Assembly (NCBI GenBank): GCA_951406725.2
Contig: OX597837.1
Coordinates: 8,928,001 to 8,992,000, forward strand
Direction: 5' to 3'
DNA from: Octopus vulgaris
Taxonomy: Eukaryota
Length of the DNA: 64,000 nt
How positions within the stretch are numbered: the stretch's first letter is position 1; each line of letters begins with the position of its first letter. The notes beneath the pieces are model-generated. The model had not been told where the DNA came from. It saw only the letters and a program-made list of their open reading frames with translations, and did no database searches. Shown here piece after piece: positions 1 through 15,125 of the stretch. A program made the position numbers and the translations under genes.

Positions 1-58
1 ATTCGAAACTGCTAAACTTGTAACAAATTTTGAAATCAATTTATTAATGATAAAAGAT

Positions 59-275
59 GGCGAGCTGGCAGAATCGTAGGCACGCCGAGCGAAATGCTTA
101 GCGGCTTTTCCCCCGTTATTTCATTCTGAGTTGAAATTCCGCCGGAGTCGACTTTACCTTTCATCCTTTCGGAGTCGATAAAATATGTACCTCTTCCAGA
201 TCAGCACCGTTGTCGATGTATTCAACTATGCCCCTCCTTCGAAATTGCTGGCCTTGTGCCAATAACGAAACCAAT
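59..275 (+). mobile_element. SINE-like family A copy (GGCGAGCTGGCAGAATCG... type)
   Basis: Starts GGCGAGCTGGCAGAATCGTAGGCACGCCGAGCGAAATGCTTAGCGG; the same sequence recurs about 10 times in the window on both strands. Confidence 0.8.
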
Positions 276-853
276 TAATTAATGAGATGCGTAAGAAAAT
301 TTAATCTTGGTTCTCTCGGTCGAGAAGCATTAAGATGAAGTCCGTTTATTCATTGCCATCATTGGGCTAAAACGCAAAAACACAAATGACATCAACTATA
401 TTTTAAACTCGTCTCTCACACTCCTTGTTGACACTTCACAATAAATGTACACCATAACTATAACATGCAGGAAACGATATTCCAAAGCCTTCGATTCTGC
501 TTAAACACTGGAATAATCGAACTCGATATTTGACAGATGCCGTGCGGAATGAATCCCAAGGTTACCTAAAATATATCATTAATGCATTTCACTCATGCAG
601 CGTTTCGGCGGAAAAATCGGTGAATTTTTCTGGCGTGTGTCGCCATTTTAACTTCACATTCCTCACTATCGTAGCAAATCGAGTCATTATTACAATGCGT
701 TGGTGAAGACGGGGTTTAGGAAATTGATGGATAGAAATACGGTGATTCCAAACAGGGTGTATTTGCTGACAGCCACACGTACACACAAACACATAACTAT
801 ACATATATCACTGTCTTTCACTTGCTCTCCCTCTCCATCTCTCCCGCCCTTTC

Positions 854-1030
<177 letters not shown>

Positions 1031-1498
1031 TTCTGTGATACACGATCCCTATTGATCGTTTTTTTCTTTTCTTTTATTCCTTTCTTTTTTTTCCTTTCTA
1101 CGATCTCTTTTGATCGAAAACCTGCCCCCACCTTATTTTTCTCCCCAAAAAGAAAAGCTCTACTTTGTGATCTGTCCCGTCTGTGTCCAACCCTGTGTGG
1201 CTAATAAAGAAACACATCTATCTATCTGTCTGTCTAATTGTCTGTCTCTATCTCTTTTTCTCATTTTCTCTAGCAATGTGTGTGTGAGTAAGTATTTATA
1301 CGCAAACATAGGCACATACACACCACCGTACCACACGCACATATACGCTCTCACATACACACGCACGCACACCTTCGTTTTGGGATCACCATTACTTTAT
1401 TATCTCCCCTTCTTCCTAGCTCTCCTCTGTGACCGATCAGTCAGACATTCGCCATGATAGATCGCTAGCACTAAACCTTATATATATATATATATATT

Positions 1499-1582
<84 letters not shown>

Positions 1583-1602
1583 ATATATAGATAGATATAT
1601 AG

Positions 1603-1657
<55 letters not shown>

Positions 1658-2471
1658 TGCAGAAACAGGTATAGAGATGGAAAGAGAGAACTCTGGGTGG
1701 AAAATTTGGCAGATATACGGAGATATTAACTTTTATATCCGAAAAAATAGACAAAATATATTTATCTATCTATTTATCAATCTATTTATCAATTAAACTC
1801 GTCTTATCTACACGCTTGTCTTATGTATATATATACATATATACATATATATATATATACACACAGGCATATATACATATATATATGTGTATGTCTATAT
1901 ATATATACATATACCACCATATATATATATATGTGCGTGAATATAATCATGATATATTACATTGTGTAATCAGCCGTTGGCAAATGGAAGACGAAAAAAG
2001 AAACACATTCTTGATAGGCACAGATCTCATACTTACTCCATCAACGAAAAATGTATGTGTGTGAGTGTGTGTGTGTCGGTATGTGTGTGTGAGTGTGTGT
2101 GTGTGTGCGTGAGTATGTGTGTGTGTTCTTCTTTATATAAAGGATCATTAAGCAATGCAATAATCAAATGGAAATCAATTATGATTCGATAATAGCAATG
2201 CCATAAGGTTAAAATATTGATTAATTTTGGTGGAAGCTTTAATTTGAAATATCGATTGCTATAATCAATTATCATCTCTTTACGCACACAAACACATACG
2301 AGAGAACACAGCAACACATACACACACACTATATGTACATATATGCATAAGTATATTTATATACATACATGTCTATCTATCATTTAGATATAATATCTAT
2401 ACATAAGTGTGTATATATATGTATATATATATATATATATTAGATGTATATGCATATATATATATGTATAT

Positions 2472-2531
<60 letters not shown>

Positions 2532-2828
2532 TGTATATGCATATATATATATGTATATTTGAATATATATATATATATATGCATGTAGACACATTCTTAT
2601 GCATGTATATATGTGTGCGTGTGTGACTCTGTATGTGTCATTACATATATATATACACGCATATACATACATATACATACATGTATATATGTTTGATTAT
2701 ACACGAATGTTTCAGTGGGTATTTTGTGTAAGTATTATATATGTATATAATTTCTTCATTATTCATAGATATGTGTTCATATTCTCACATATGAAATTAT
2801 CTATCAATCTATATAAATATATATTTGA

Positions 2829-2859
<31 letters not shown>

Positions 2860-2860
2860 T

Positions 2861-2900
<40 letters not shown>

Positions 2901-2908
2901 TACATATG

Positions 2909-2940
<32 letters not shown>

Positions 2941-3021
2941 CATATATATACATACATATATATAAATACATACATATATATATATATATACATATATATA
3001 TACATATACATATATATATAC

Positions 3022-3068
<47 letters not shown>

Positions 3069-3087
3069 CATATATACATATATATAT

Positions 3088-3118
<31 letters not shown>

Positions 3119-3667
3119 CATATATATACACACACATATATGTTCATATATATAGAGATACATATATTTATATATATATGCACATGCATATATGCAAATG
3201 TATATATATATATGTGTGTATGTGTGTGTGTGTGTGTATTTATATCTCCGCCTATATATGTGTAAATGTAGCTGGCAGTCTGAGTGCGTTTGTGTATATG
3301 TTTGTGCGTATAGTTATAAACAAGTGTGAAGAGAAGCAAAATATTTAGGCAAATATTACTAAATACTTACTCCTATAAATTCTATATAGGTTAAACTTTA
3401 TATATTGTCATTACGCCTTTCTTTTTTGTCATATTTAACAGGCAATAAAATATACAGTTTGACGTGTGATATAAAATATGTATGACTATTATAAAGAACA
3501 CTGTTCGAGTGATATGGTATGTAGAAATCAGAAGAAGCATCGGTATGATTTCAGTTGTAATTAAGAGTGGTGCAGTTAAAATGGTGTAAAGTTAACATTG
3601 AGCAGAGGAACGGTATATGGGAATTATGTAGGTGCGTTCATAAATATGTGTGGACGTATTCTTTCAG

Positions 3668-3875
3668 TCTTTTATTCTTTTACTTGTTTCAGTCATTTGA
3701 CTGCGGCCATCCTGGAGCACCGTCTTTAGTCGTGCAAATCGACCCCAGGGCTTATTGTTTGTAAGCCTACTACTTATTCTGTCGGTTTCTCTTTTGCCGA
3801 ACCGGTAGCTAACGGGGATGTAAACACACCAGCACCGGTTGTCAAGCGATGTTGGGGGGACAGACACAGACACAT
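3668..3875 (-). mobile_element. tRNA-derived SINE family B, 3' half
   Basis: Reverse complement of the 3' half of the full copy at 33767-34199 (GCGGTGCTCCAGCATGGCCGCAGTCAAATGACTGAAACAAGTAAAAGA tail). Confidence 0.8.
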
Positions 3876-4043
3876 GAACACATAGGCAAACACACACACA
3901 CACACACACACACATATTTATATATCTATATCTATATCTATCTCTTTCTCTATATATATATATATATATATATGGGGTGGGGTGTTCGACGAGCTGTAAT
4001 GAATATAGAAGATCGAGTTGAATGTTCAATGTTAGGTCCACCG

Positions 4044-4098
<55 letters not shown>

Positions 4099-4210
4099 AA
4101 ACCAAATGTACGTCACCCTAGACATAACATCAACATGATCTTCTAACTTGTTAACTCTTGATGTCTCTGGACCCAACTTGTACAAATGCAAAGCAAAAGT
4201 GAAACATAAA

Positions 4211-4285
4211 ATAATAATAATAATAATAATAATAAAAATAATAACAATAATAATAACAATAATAATAATCATAATAATAATAACA

Positions 4286-4374
<89 letters not shown>

Positions 4375-4420
4375 CATAATAATAATAACAGTAATAATAA
4401 TAATACTAATCATCATCATC

Positions 4421-4470
<50 letters not shown>
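4211..4470. repeat. (AAT)n microsatellite
   Basis: Direct trinucleotide repeat; explains the poly-Ile ORFs. Confidence 0.97.
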
Positions 4471-4471
<1 letters not shown>

Positions 4472-4982
4472 GAGCGGCCTATTAATGACAACTTTTTCAA
4501 ATCCACAAAGTTTGTCGTTATAGACCACATTCTTTTCCTCAAGATCTCAAAGTTTGATATTAAAGAATACTAAAGTTTTCTTCCTCAAGATTCTCGGAGC
4601 GTTGTTTTCATACCAGGAGAAGTAATTGATAGAAGGTCACAATGCATGCATTAAAATTCCTCGTGAGCATAGAAAAAAACAAAAAAGCAGTGATAAGGAA
4701 CTGATCGATGTTTCGACGAGGATCCCATGGTGCGTTTGAATTATGAAATATTTCAATTAATACTTTTGACATTTTGCTTAGAAGATTTCCTGCCATCGCA
4801 ATGAATTTTTTTTTTAATTGAGCGGCGATATTTCTATGGTCTCCTGACATATACACAGTCACGAAGTAGATAGATAAAATTTAGAAAATGGCTGTTGAAA
4901 CTATTTATTGAAATTTTGATAGTTTTGAGTATAATATAAAATGTATGTTTTGCGAAAGATAAATAAATGTTGCATTCGGATT

Positions 4983-6033
4983 ATTCGATTGACGAAGCTC
5001 AAGAAGAGTGAAATACATATTTAGGAATGCCACTATCGCTGTTTGACGATTTGCTACTCATACTGGTATAGTTCTGCCTATTTTAACTCCCTATCTTTAT
5101 AACAGATACTATCTCCTGACAAATACTTAGATTATCACACTTCCAGTTATATATCTACTTCAGGTAATATACGCAGATTGCTATAGTATTTTTCTATATC
5201 AGTTAGTATTTTCCTATATCATTAACGGTTGATTTTGTCTTATTATACGGTTGCTAGTGAGAACATTCGACTGACGAAGCTCAATGAGAGCGAAATACGT
5301 TTTTAGGAATGCCACCATCGGTTTTTGACGATTTGCGACTCATACTGGTATAGTTCTGCCTATTTTAACTCTCTATCTTTATAACAGATACTATCTCGCG
5401 ACGAATACTTAGATTATCAGACTTTCAGTTATATATCTACTTCAGGTAATATACGCAGATTGCTATAGTATTTTTTCTATATCAGTTAGTATTTTCCTAT
5501 ATCACTAACGGTTGATTTTGTCTTATTATACGGTTGCTAGTGAGAACATTCGACTGACGAAGCTCAATGAGAGCGAAATACGTTTTTAGGAATGCCACCA
5601 TCGCTTTATGACGATTTGCAACACATACTGGTATAGTACTGCCTATTTGAACTCTCTATCTTTATAACAGATACTATCTCGCGACGAATACTTAGATTAT
5701 CAGACTTTCAGTTATATATCTACTTCAGGTAATATACGCAGATTGCTATAGTATTTTTTCTATATCAGTTAGTATTTTCCTATATCACAAACGGTTGATT
5801 TTGTCTTATTATACGGTTGCTAGTGGGAACATTCGATTGACGATACTCAATGAGAGCGAAATACGTATTTAGGAATGCCACCATCGGTTTTTGACGATTT
5901 GCGACTCATACTGGTATAGTTCTGCCTATTTTAACTCTCTATCTTTATAACAGATACTATCTCGCGACGAACACTTAGATTATCAGACTTTCAGTTATAT
6001 ATCTACTTCAGGTAATATACGCAGATTGCTATA
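4983..6033 (+). repeat. ~283-bp tandem array (about 3.7 units), each unit carrying a minimal type I hammerhead ribozyme; retrozyme-like
   Basis: YTGACGA core at 4989, 5271, 5554 and 5837 (spacing 282/283/283); the units are near-identical. Confidence 0.9.
5264..5311 (+). ncRNA. Hammerhead ribozyme, array unit 2 (sister copies near 4983-5029, 5547-5594, 5830-5877)
   Basis: CATTCGA-CTGACGA-A-GCTC(AATGA)GAGC-GAAA-T(ACGT)W-TT-TAGGAATG; stem I CATTC/GAATG, stem II GCTC/GAGC, palindromic ACGT loop III. Confidence 0.75.
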
Positions 6034-6695
6034 ATTATTTGAGATTCAGCATAGGAACTTAGATGAGTTCGTTTGGTAAATGAACTAGAACTCTATAAAC
6101 CGAAAGAAATTTATTATTAATGTAAGAAAAAGAAAATTAATAAGAAAAGCAAAGGTAATCAGCCGCAAACCGTCAAAACTAGGACTAAGGAATGCAGAAT
6201 GGATGTGACATACAGTTGTGGTTAATGCCGTATAGACATATTTATAATATATTTAGTTACAGACCATTGAAAAAAACTCATCAATAACAAAACCGAAGGA
6301 AGTAACGAGGCTACGAACTAATATGGCTTCAGATATTTTATTTATTTATTTATTTGTTATGTATTTAGTTATTTATGTATTTATTTTTGTCGGATATTAA
6401 TGTGTAATCTCTCACACGACCATAACCGGAACAAGACATACGGAAATAAGGACAGCAAAAAAAATTAAAAATGAAAAAGAGGAGAATAAAAAACGAAAAG
6501 AAAAATACATTACAATATACATACATACAAACATATATATGCGTGTGTTTGTGCGTGTATGTGTATGTGTGCCGGCGTGTGTGTGCTTGTGTGTTGATAC
6601 GTAAGTACATACATATACATACAGAGAGAGGCAGACACAAATATATATGAATATATATATGCATGTATGAATATATATATATATATATATATATA

Positions 6696-6727
<32 letters not shown>

Positions 6728-6848
6728 TAGGTAAATAGATAGATAGATAGACAGGTATACACGCATGTATGTAGCTATATATATATATATGTATGAATCT
6801 ATATATAAATATCTACATACATAAAGATAAATATATGCATGCATGCAT

Positions 6849-6895
<47 letters not shown>

Positions 6896-7406
6896 TGTGT
6901 GTCTGCGTACGTTTGTGCATTTGAGAATCTGGGTTACAAAGTGATGCGACTTACATTGTTGGATAAAAGTAGACCATTTAGTTAGCCCACTTAGTGCCGT
7001 CTTTAGAATTCGAACCCGAGAAGAATGTTATACCGATAACTGCTTATGCAGAAGCAAATATTTATCTTTACTTTCGGTAAATCGAAGGAATGACATAAAA
7101 TTAATGGTTTACAAACATTCTTCCTCACTTCATTGTCTACAATAATTTTGTGCTAGATGCAATTACTCTGTCTCAATATCGGACGGGATGGTCAATTGTG
7201 AAACGTCTTCAGCATAGGTGTATTAAATGAAAGCAGGACTGGCATTAAAGTATCTCAACACGAAGATGAATTGGGAACAATAATTATAAAAGTATTTAGA
7301 ACAATTAATTCTGAATCTCATGGCCCTTTATGTACCACACTTCATGCAAACACATCATTATCAGCAACATTTGCTGTAGTATCCCTCTACATTTAAAAGA
7401 GTAATG

Positions 7407-7725
7407 CAATGGAATCTTGGTTTACGAACGCTTCTCATCACGAACAAATCGGTTTAATAATTAAATCTTTCGAACATAAAACGCCTTGTGTGACGAACGA
7501 TGTATCTAGTAACAAACCAGAGGGAACAGGAGAACTAGCAAGCTGGACGTATCAGTGATAGAGTGTCAGATGATGTCTAACTTTCACTTGGCGAAACATC
7601 CCTGCACGGATTCGATCTCACTTCTCTTGAACTTAAAATTCGAAATTTAGTTTCGGTTTATGAGCATTTCGGGTGATGAACAACTTTCTGAATCGAACTA
7701 AATTAATAAACGGTGGTTCCACCCT
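7407..7725. mobile_element. Decayed pogo/Tigger-like MITE
   Basis: Ends CAATGGAATCTTGGTTTACGAAC ... TAAACGGTGGTTCCACCCTG resemble the CAGTGGAACCTCGGTT-type TIRs of pogo/Tigger elements. Confidence 0.55.
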
Positions 7726-8216
7726 GCGTATATATCAGAGGAAGATCGAATTCGTTCCAATAGCAGGGAATGAGAATATTAGATGCATTTCTCTGTTGAT
7801 GGGCATCATCAGTAACGTGTGATCACAACAAGCTTGATTAAACAAAGTCATTCTATATTACACGACGTAGTGCTAGATACATTGTCTTGACACAAGGCAG
7901 GAAGGGCAAGACTGGTATGGCTTTTGTCGTCGTTGATTTTGTTGTTTAGTTGCATATAAGACTGTTTTCAAGATCTCAGCCGACCTGGGGTTAAAAACTC
8001 AACAGCCACAGCAAAGTTAGTAGCAAAAGCAACTAAAGAAAAAACCAACGACATCAATGAAAGAGGAATAATAATCACACGAAGAAGCACCACGAAGCCA
8101 AAGACATCAATCATGCATAGTCGCAGATTCTATCTAAATATCCATGGCAGTCTGTGACTGTGGAATCACTGACAATGTGACAATGAAAAAATAAGTTTAA
8201 TGACAAAACTAGTTTC

Positions 8217-8270
<54 letters not shown>

Positions 8271-8494
8271 GCGAGGAATAGACAGGCAGATAGTTGTATA
8301 ACAAAAGAGAAAAGAAAAGAGGGGAGAGAGAGGGAGAAAGAGAGAGAGAGAGGTGAGTAAGTAATTTTGAAAGAGGGAGCCTGCAAAAGAGAGAAAGTAT
8401 TGAGAGATGGACTTATTTCACTTGAGATGAAGAGAGCGGAAGACTGACTTTCAAAGAGTACCTGAGAAAACTGCTTATATACATACATATACCT

Positions 8495-8528
<34 letters not shown>

Positions 8529-8654
8529 GTTTGTGTGTATATATGTGTATTTGTATGTATATATATATATATATATATGTGTGTATAGATGTATATCATA
8601 TATATATATGTACATATATATGTATATATATATATATATATACATATATATACC

Positions 8655-8699
<45 letters not shown>

Positions 8700-8780
8700 A
8701 TATATATATACATATATACGTATATATATATATACCTATATACATATATATATATATACACACCTATATACATATATACA

Positions 8781-8826
<46 letters not shown>

Positions 8827-9149
8827 ACCTACACATATATATGTATATACATTCATGTGTGAGAGGGCATATGTGTGATGGGCTTCAGAAGGAGGCTGAG
8901 AGGAAGCGAAATACTGGTAGGAGAAGAGAAGAGAAGGAAGGTAGGAGTGATATATTGTGTTGTTTAATGTCCTCCAGAGACATTTATAACGTTATCATTC
9001 AAAACTGATAAATTCATTTTAGACATTTGGTAGGCTTAGAAGATAAATACATCTTCGTTTTCTTTCTTCTTTTTTCTACGATTCCCTCCTCTGCAAACGC
9101 ACATGCAGCGACACAAAGCTTACGCACAATGACACACACACACACACAC

Positions 9150-9181
<32 letters not shown>

Positions 9182-9589
9182 GTACACACATGTTTATACA
9201 TATTCCTGTGTGTGTTTATATCTATTTGTGTGCATATATATAAATTGAGAGAGAGGGGGAGAGAGAGAGAAAGAGAAAGCAAGAGAGAAAATATAATTAG
9301 GGTATTCTGTGCACTGCTACACCTTTTACGAAAGAAGGAATTCCGTCTGTTTGCAAAACAATGATTTATTACGGAATTGGCCGAGCATGGATGAAAACCT
9401 GTAATCACAGCGAGGCCTTGAAATTTTGAAATATCGAATTCTTATAACTACCTACCCACCTACCTTATAACTACCTACCCACCAGCCTTTAGCTGCCCTC
9501 AGTGGAATTTGATCTCAGAACGTAAGCTTCTTAGAATATTGTTTGGCGTGTTAACGATTCCATGAGTTCGCTACTTTAATTTGATAATT

Positions 9590-10000
9590 ATTATCCTTTC
9601 TACCATAGGAACAAGGCCTGAATTTTTTGAGGGGGTGGGCAATAGTCGATTACACCCACCCCAGTGTTTCACTGGTACTTAATTTATCGACCCCTAAAGG
9701 ATGAAATGCAAAGTCGAGTCCGGCGGAAAAGCAAAGTCGACCTCAGAACGTAAAGACGGACGAAATACCTATTCGTTGCTACCCACAAGGGGCTAAACAC
9801 AGAGAGAACAAACAAGGACAGACAAACAGATTAAGTCGATTATATCGACTCCAGTGCATAACTGGTACTTATTTAATCGACCCCGAAAGGATATAAGGCA
9901 AAGTCGACCTCAGCGGAATTTGAACTCAGAACGTAGTGGTAGACGAAATACGGCTAAGCATTTCGTCTGGCGTGCTAACGATTCTGCTACCTCGCCGCCT
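9590..10000 (-). mobile_element. SINE-like family A, long form with internally duplicated 3' module (further partial copy at 10145-10322)
   Basis: Reverse complement of the family A head; near-identical to 29597-29958. Confidence 0.8.
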
Positions 10001-10479
10001 TTTGATAATTGATATCATGTTATATAATGATTTACTTAGATCATATAAGAGTCTGGAGTGGACTATGACAAACAATTAACACCTCGTCGGTGCCGGAGGT
10101 TACTAATTCTGTGAAGCATTAATATTCTAATTCTAACAATTAAATTGATTACATCGACCTCAGTGCTTAACTGGTACTTATTTTATCGACCCCGAAAGGA
10201 TGAAAGGCAAACTCGATCACGGTGGAATTTGAACTCAGAACGTAACGGCAGACGAAATGCCTATTTCTTTACTACCCACAAGGGACTAAACACAGAGGGG
10301 ACAAACAAGGACAGACAAACGAGTTATTAGTACCGTTATTTTTTAAACAGAATTATAACACACGTGTGAAGATATGTATGTTCTTATGTACGAATTCTCT
10401 TCAATTTCTGTTTTACACCTTCTTCTGAGAAAGTTCCTGGTTTATTAAAAATATATAAATCCCCGTCTTTGGAATGAAA

Positions 10480-10905
10480 ATAACGAAAACAATGTCGCAT
10501 TTGAAATATGAGAAATGTCTCACATATTTTATTATTCCATTTTACTGTTTTGCCGGCAGCTTTATCCCTTGTTTGCATCAGGTTGATATTTCCTGTTCTT
10601 CAATTGCAAATGCATACCCTTCAAAAATGGGAGGTAGTAATCCGGCTATTGGTCCATTGTAGACCAATGTTACTATCATATCGATGCCCTCTCGGTGCTC
10701 TCAACTAACATATCCATGCATTGTTTACTGCTCATATAAGCCCATCCTTTCATCTCATGATACGTTGCAGTAGAGTCGTGTGAGTCCTTTGGGCTTGAAT
10801 TCTAGGTTATCAGACAAAGAATTTTGCTTTATGAGCTGCCTTCCAAGTCTTATGATGTTATCAACCTCATGTATACAAACTTTAACAAGGGATGCACTTC
10901 GATAC
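10480..10905 (-). pseudogene. Decayed R4/Dong-like non-LTR retrotransposon ORF fragment
   Basis: Minus-strand translation across a frameshift gives LQWTNSRITTSHF/EGYAFAIEEQEIST then MQTRDKAAGKTVKWNNKIC; this resembles the EG.I.A.QEQ.I.T segment that precedes the zinc knuckle of R4-clade elements. Confidence 0.5.
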
Positions 10906-11119
10906 TTGGTTGGTAAGTTTTTATGTATGTTTTTATGTATGTATGTATGTATGTATGTATGTATGTATGTATGTATGTATGTATGTATGTATGTATGTGT
11001 AAATCGTTGAGGCGGATTGAAAACCTTAGATCTAGGTTAGAAACCGGATCTTTATTGGTAAGAAATCTTGAAATAAAACTGAAGACATACATATATACAT
11101 TAAAATTTTGTTTTTTATT

Positions 11120-11355
11120 ATTATGGCTGCCCCCTCGTTATCGGGTGTGGCCATTGCACGAAGTTTAACTGTTACTGGTGCTGTGATCGAATGTGACTCT
11201 TTAGCCCAGCTAAAGATCTACAATGTCTTGTACAAAATTGGCAACTAAAACCGTTACTGGTAATAGCCGGCTGTAGTTGTAACTGGGCTTCATGTACCTT
11301 TGCATGTCGTTTAAGTCCTCCTGCCGAATTACACTCTCTTCCACATGCCAGACAG
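11120..11355 (-). mobile_element. RTE-like LINE 3' end with C-terminal C2H2 motifs
   Basis: CLACGRECNSAGGLKRHAKVH and CQFCTRHCRSLAGLKSHIRSQH, then a short 3' UTR ending CGAGGGGCAGCCATAATAATAA; no TGEKP linker. Confidence 0.6.
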
Positions 11356-11576
11356 AAATCTCGAGTTGCACATGAGAAAGTAAGGAGGGATGTCAGGAAG
11401 GGCATCGCTGTTACACTTCCAGAAGGGAAGGATCTTCCTTTGATTCTGGCATTCAATCTCTGTGCAAGACCCTGCCTCAGTAAAGCTGGACTCATGAGTC
11501 ATCTTCGTAGTCATAAAACGAGACAGATGATTAACAACCTGGCCACTGGTGGTGGTGTAACACACCATACTGATCA
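11356..11576 (+). mobile_element. Second RTE-like LINE 3' end, opposite orientation
   Basis: FNLCARPCLSKAGLMSHLRSH motif followed by a short tail running into a microsatellite. Confidence 0.5.
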
Positions 11577-12246
11577 TATATATATATACATACATGCATA
11601 CATAAATACATATATGTATGCATACATGCATACATACATACATACATGCATTCATTCATTCATACATACATACATACGTACACAATATATATTCAACATG
11701 TTTCACTCACAAAGATGGAGTCAGCTTGAGGTTATAGTTGAATATATTTGCTCAAGATGCCGTGCAGAGGGATTGAACGCAAGGACACTTAGTTCCAAAG
11801 TAAGCTTCTTAAACACCCACTTACGCCTGCACCTGTCAGGAAATCTCTCATCGTAAACGAGTTAGTTTAAAATAAGAAGAATAACGAAGAATAACGAAGA
11901 ATAACGAAGAATAACGAGCACGAAACTGCTAAGTTGGAATCGACAAAACTGGTTAAATCCATGTACATTAAGATTTAATACGTTGTTTTGGCTACACGCT
12001 GTGACTTACAGTTCTATAAATACGGTCTTATAATTCCTTTTAAACTATAAAGCGACCAAACACGGAATAGTTAGTTAGAGAGGAAATTACAGAGTTGGTG
12101 AGTTAAAAAGATTTAGAAAGGAGTTTTACTGAACAACGCAGCAGGTGTTCGAAGAATACATTTATATATGGTGTGTGATCGCTTGCGAACGGGCGGTGTA
12201 TGGTTGTGTACACGTGTGATGACGCGCATGTGTGTGTATGTGTATT

Positions 12247-12303
<57 letters not shown>

Positions 12304-12310
12304 ATATATA

Positions 12311-12337
12311 TCCACACCAAATTATATAAAAGTTTAA

Positions 12338-12379
<42 letters not shown>

Positions 12380-12439
12380 ATACATATTTTATTTCATTTA
12401 TAGACAAAAACACACACATGTTTATATGTATATAGAAAC

Positions 12440-12485
<46 letters not shown>

Positions 12486-12696
12486 ACACCAACGTATATA
12501 AGAGTTTATGTATATATATCAATACATATTTTATTTCATTTATAGACAAACACACACATATGTTTATATATATATAGAAACATTTATATATATATATCCA
12601 AACCAACCTATATAAAAGTGTATGTATATATATCAATACATATATTATTTCGTTTATACACAAACAGACACACGTTTATATGTATATAGAAACATT

Positions 12697-12700
<4 letters not shown>
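12311..12700. repeat. Three-copy compound minisatellite with embedded (TA)n
   Basis: TCCACACCAA...TCAATACATAT...TATAGAAACATTTATAT repeated from about 12311, 12483 and 12597. Confidence 0.8.
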
Positions 12701-12765
<65 letters not shown>

Positions 12766-13132
12766 CAGTGTATGAGGTGCAAAAATCTATAAAGGTCGCA
12801 AAATGAATCATTTTCCACATTTCAAGAAGAGAAATGACGACGGAAATCAAATCTAATTTGCAACATAAAGGGTTACATACAGACACCTACGTTGGTAGAT
12901 ATTAGCCAAGTTAAAGACACGAAAGCGTCAGCATGCCTGCATGTATACATGCATACATACATACATGCATACATATACGCCGGTACGTGTATATATACCG
13001 AATGCATATTAAGCTCAGCCTATGTTCTCGTGTTTGATACCCGCTCTCCCTCAGTATCACAATCTCTCAACCATTATATACAGCGTCGAAGTACACAGAC
13101 GTACATACATACATAGACACGCACACATATAC

Positions 13133-13247
<115 letters not shown>

Positions 13248-13712
13248 TAGCTGTGTGGGTGTTTGTGTGTGAATGTGAATATTTAATTATACGTATATAT
13301 ATATTTATATATAAATATATATACATGCATATATAAATAACTATTTACGTATATAATCATATTTTATATACATTACACTTCTATATATGTATATATACAC
13401 ACACATATATATATTTATATATATATATGGATATCATACAGATATACGAATACTCGTTGATATTTGTTGATATTTATTTCAGATATAGGTAATCATACGT
13501 AAACATATGAAAGACCTGTGTTCCTCATATGTGTGCATTTACACACATACAAACACACATGCATACAGACATACATACATACATTCATACATACATACAT
13601 ACATACATATTTGATTGTATGTAAGCGTGAGTAACTTTGTTCAGTATGAATGGTATGCCGAATTATGAATTAAATTCCTCTACATCATCACTGTGTTGCG
13701 GTTTTTCAACAC

Positions 13713-13797
<85 letters not shown>

Positions 13798-14745
13798 TGT
13801 AAGTGTATATATGTATATATTTATGTAGGTGGGTTATAATTGAAGCCTGCTTTCCCCCTTTGTATAACGTGTTATTATAACACCAATAAACGATTGCTTT
13901 GGTATTTATATAGATATCCTTATCTATTTGATCATTAATACATGGTTTTTAGGTTACATTTAGATGGATTTATCTATCAATCTATGAATGTAACCATTTA
14001 TCTACCGCTCTAATTATGATTCAATTATCTGTCGGTTTATCTAAACAGCTTTCTCTGTCCGTGTTGGCTTGAACGTATGAATAATTATATTTATATATGT
14101 GTGTGTCTGTATATATTCTCTAATTTGTTTCATGTCGTTTCACTGCGGACACGATAAAGGGAAAGTGAAATAAAGTTTAGAAGATAGAAAATCAATAGTT
14201 CAGAAACACAGCAAACAAAAAAATCTTCTGGCCATTCGGTACTCCCGGCCTAGGTTGAACCTGGAACGCCACAACTGGAACTCAACTTCCACAAAAACTG
14301 GTATACAAATTCTTCAATCTTCGGAGGCAAAGACACTCCCCCAAACAGCAGTTCTCACAACTATTTTAAAATTCTTCAAAAGGTGAACAAATTTTTAGTA
14401 GGCACGACATTCTTCCAAGCAACAATTCTCATAATTAAGTGAGAAAAATATTCACTTAACGTAAACCATTAACTAGGAATACGAATACGCCCCCAAACCA
14501 AAAAATCTCACAATTAAACGAGAAAAAATATTCGTTTCATGCAGGTAGACCAGAATTCAGAATCCAGTAGGACTTCCTGCCTGTACAAAAATATTTCTCG
14601 CAAAACAAAAATTCCGGGTTGATAGGTGGCTTCGTCATTCATACATGCCAGCCTTGTTACTTACACCCATCTTTTTTTGAAACATTCGCTAGACAAATCT
14701 TGCTTCTCTACTCTCACTTTCCTTTTCAAGTGACACTTTAATAGT

Positions 14746-15125
<380 letters not shown>

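Noticed and set aside
4983-6033. CRISPR-like array
   Set aside because: Whole units are repeated with no unique spacers; eukaryotic context and no cas genes
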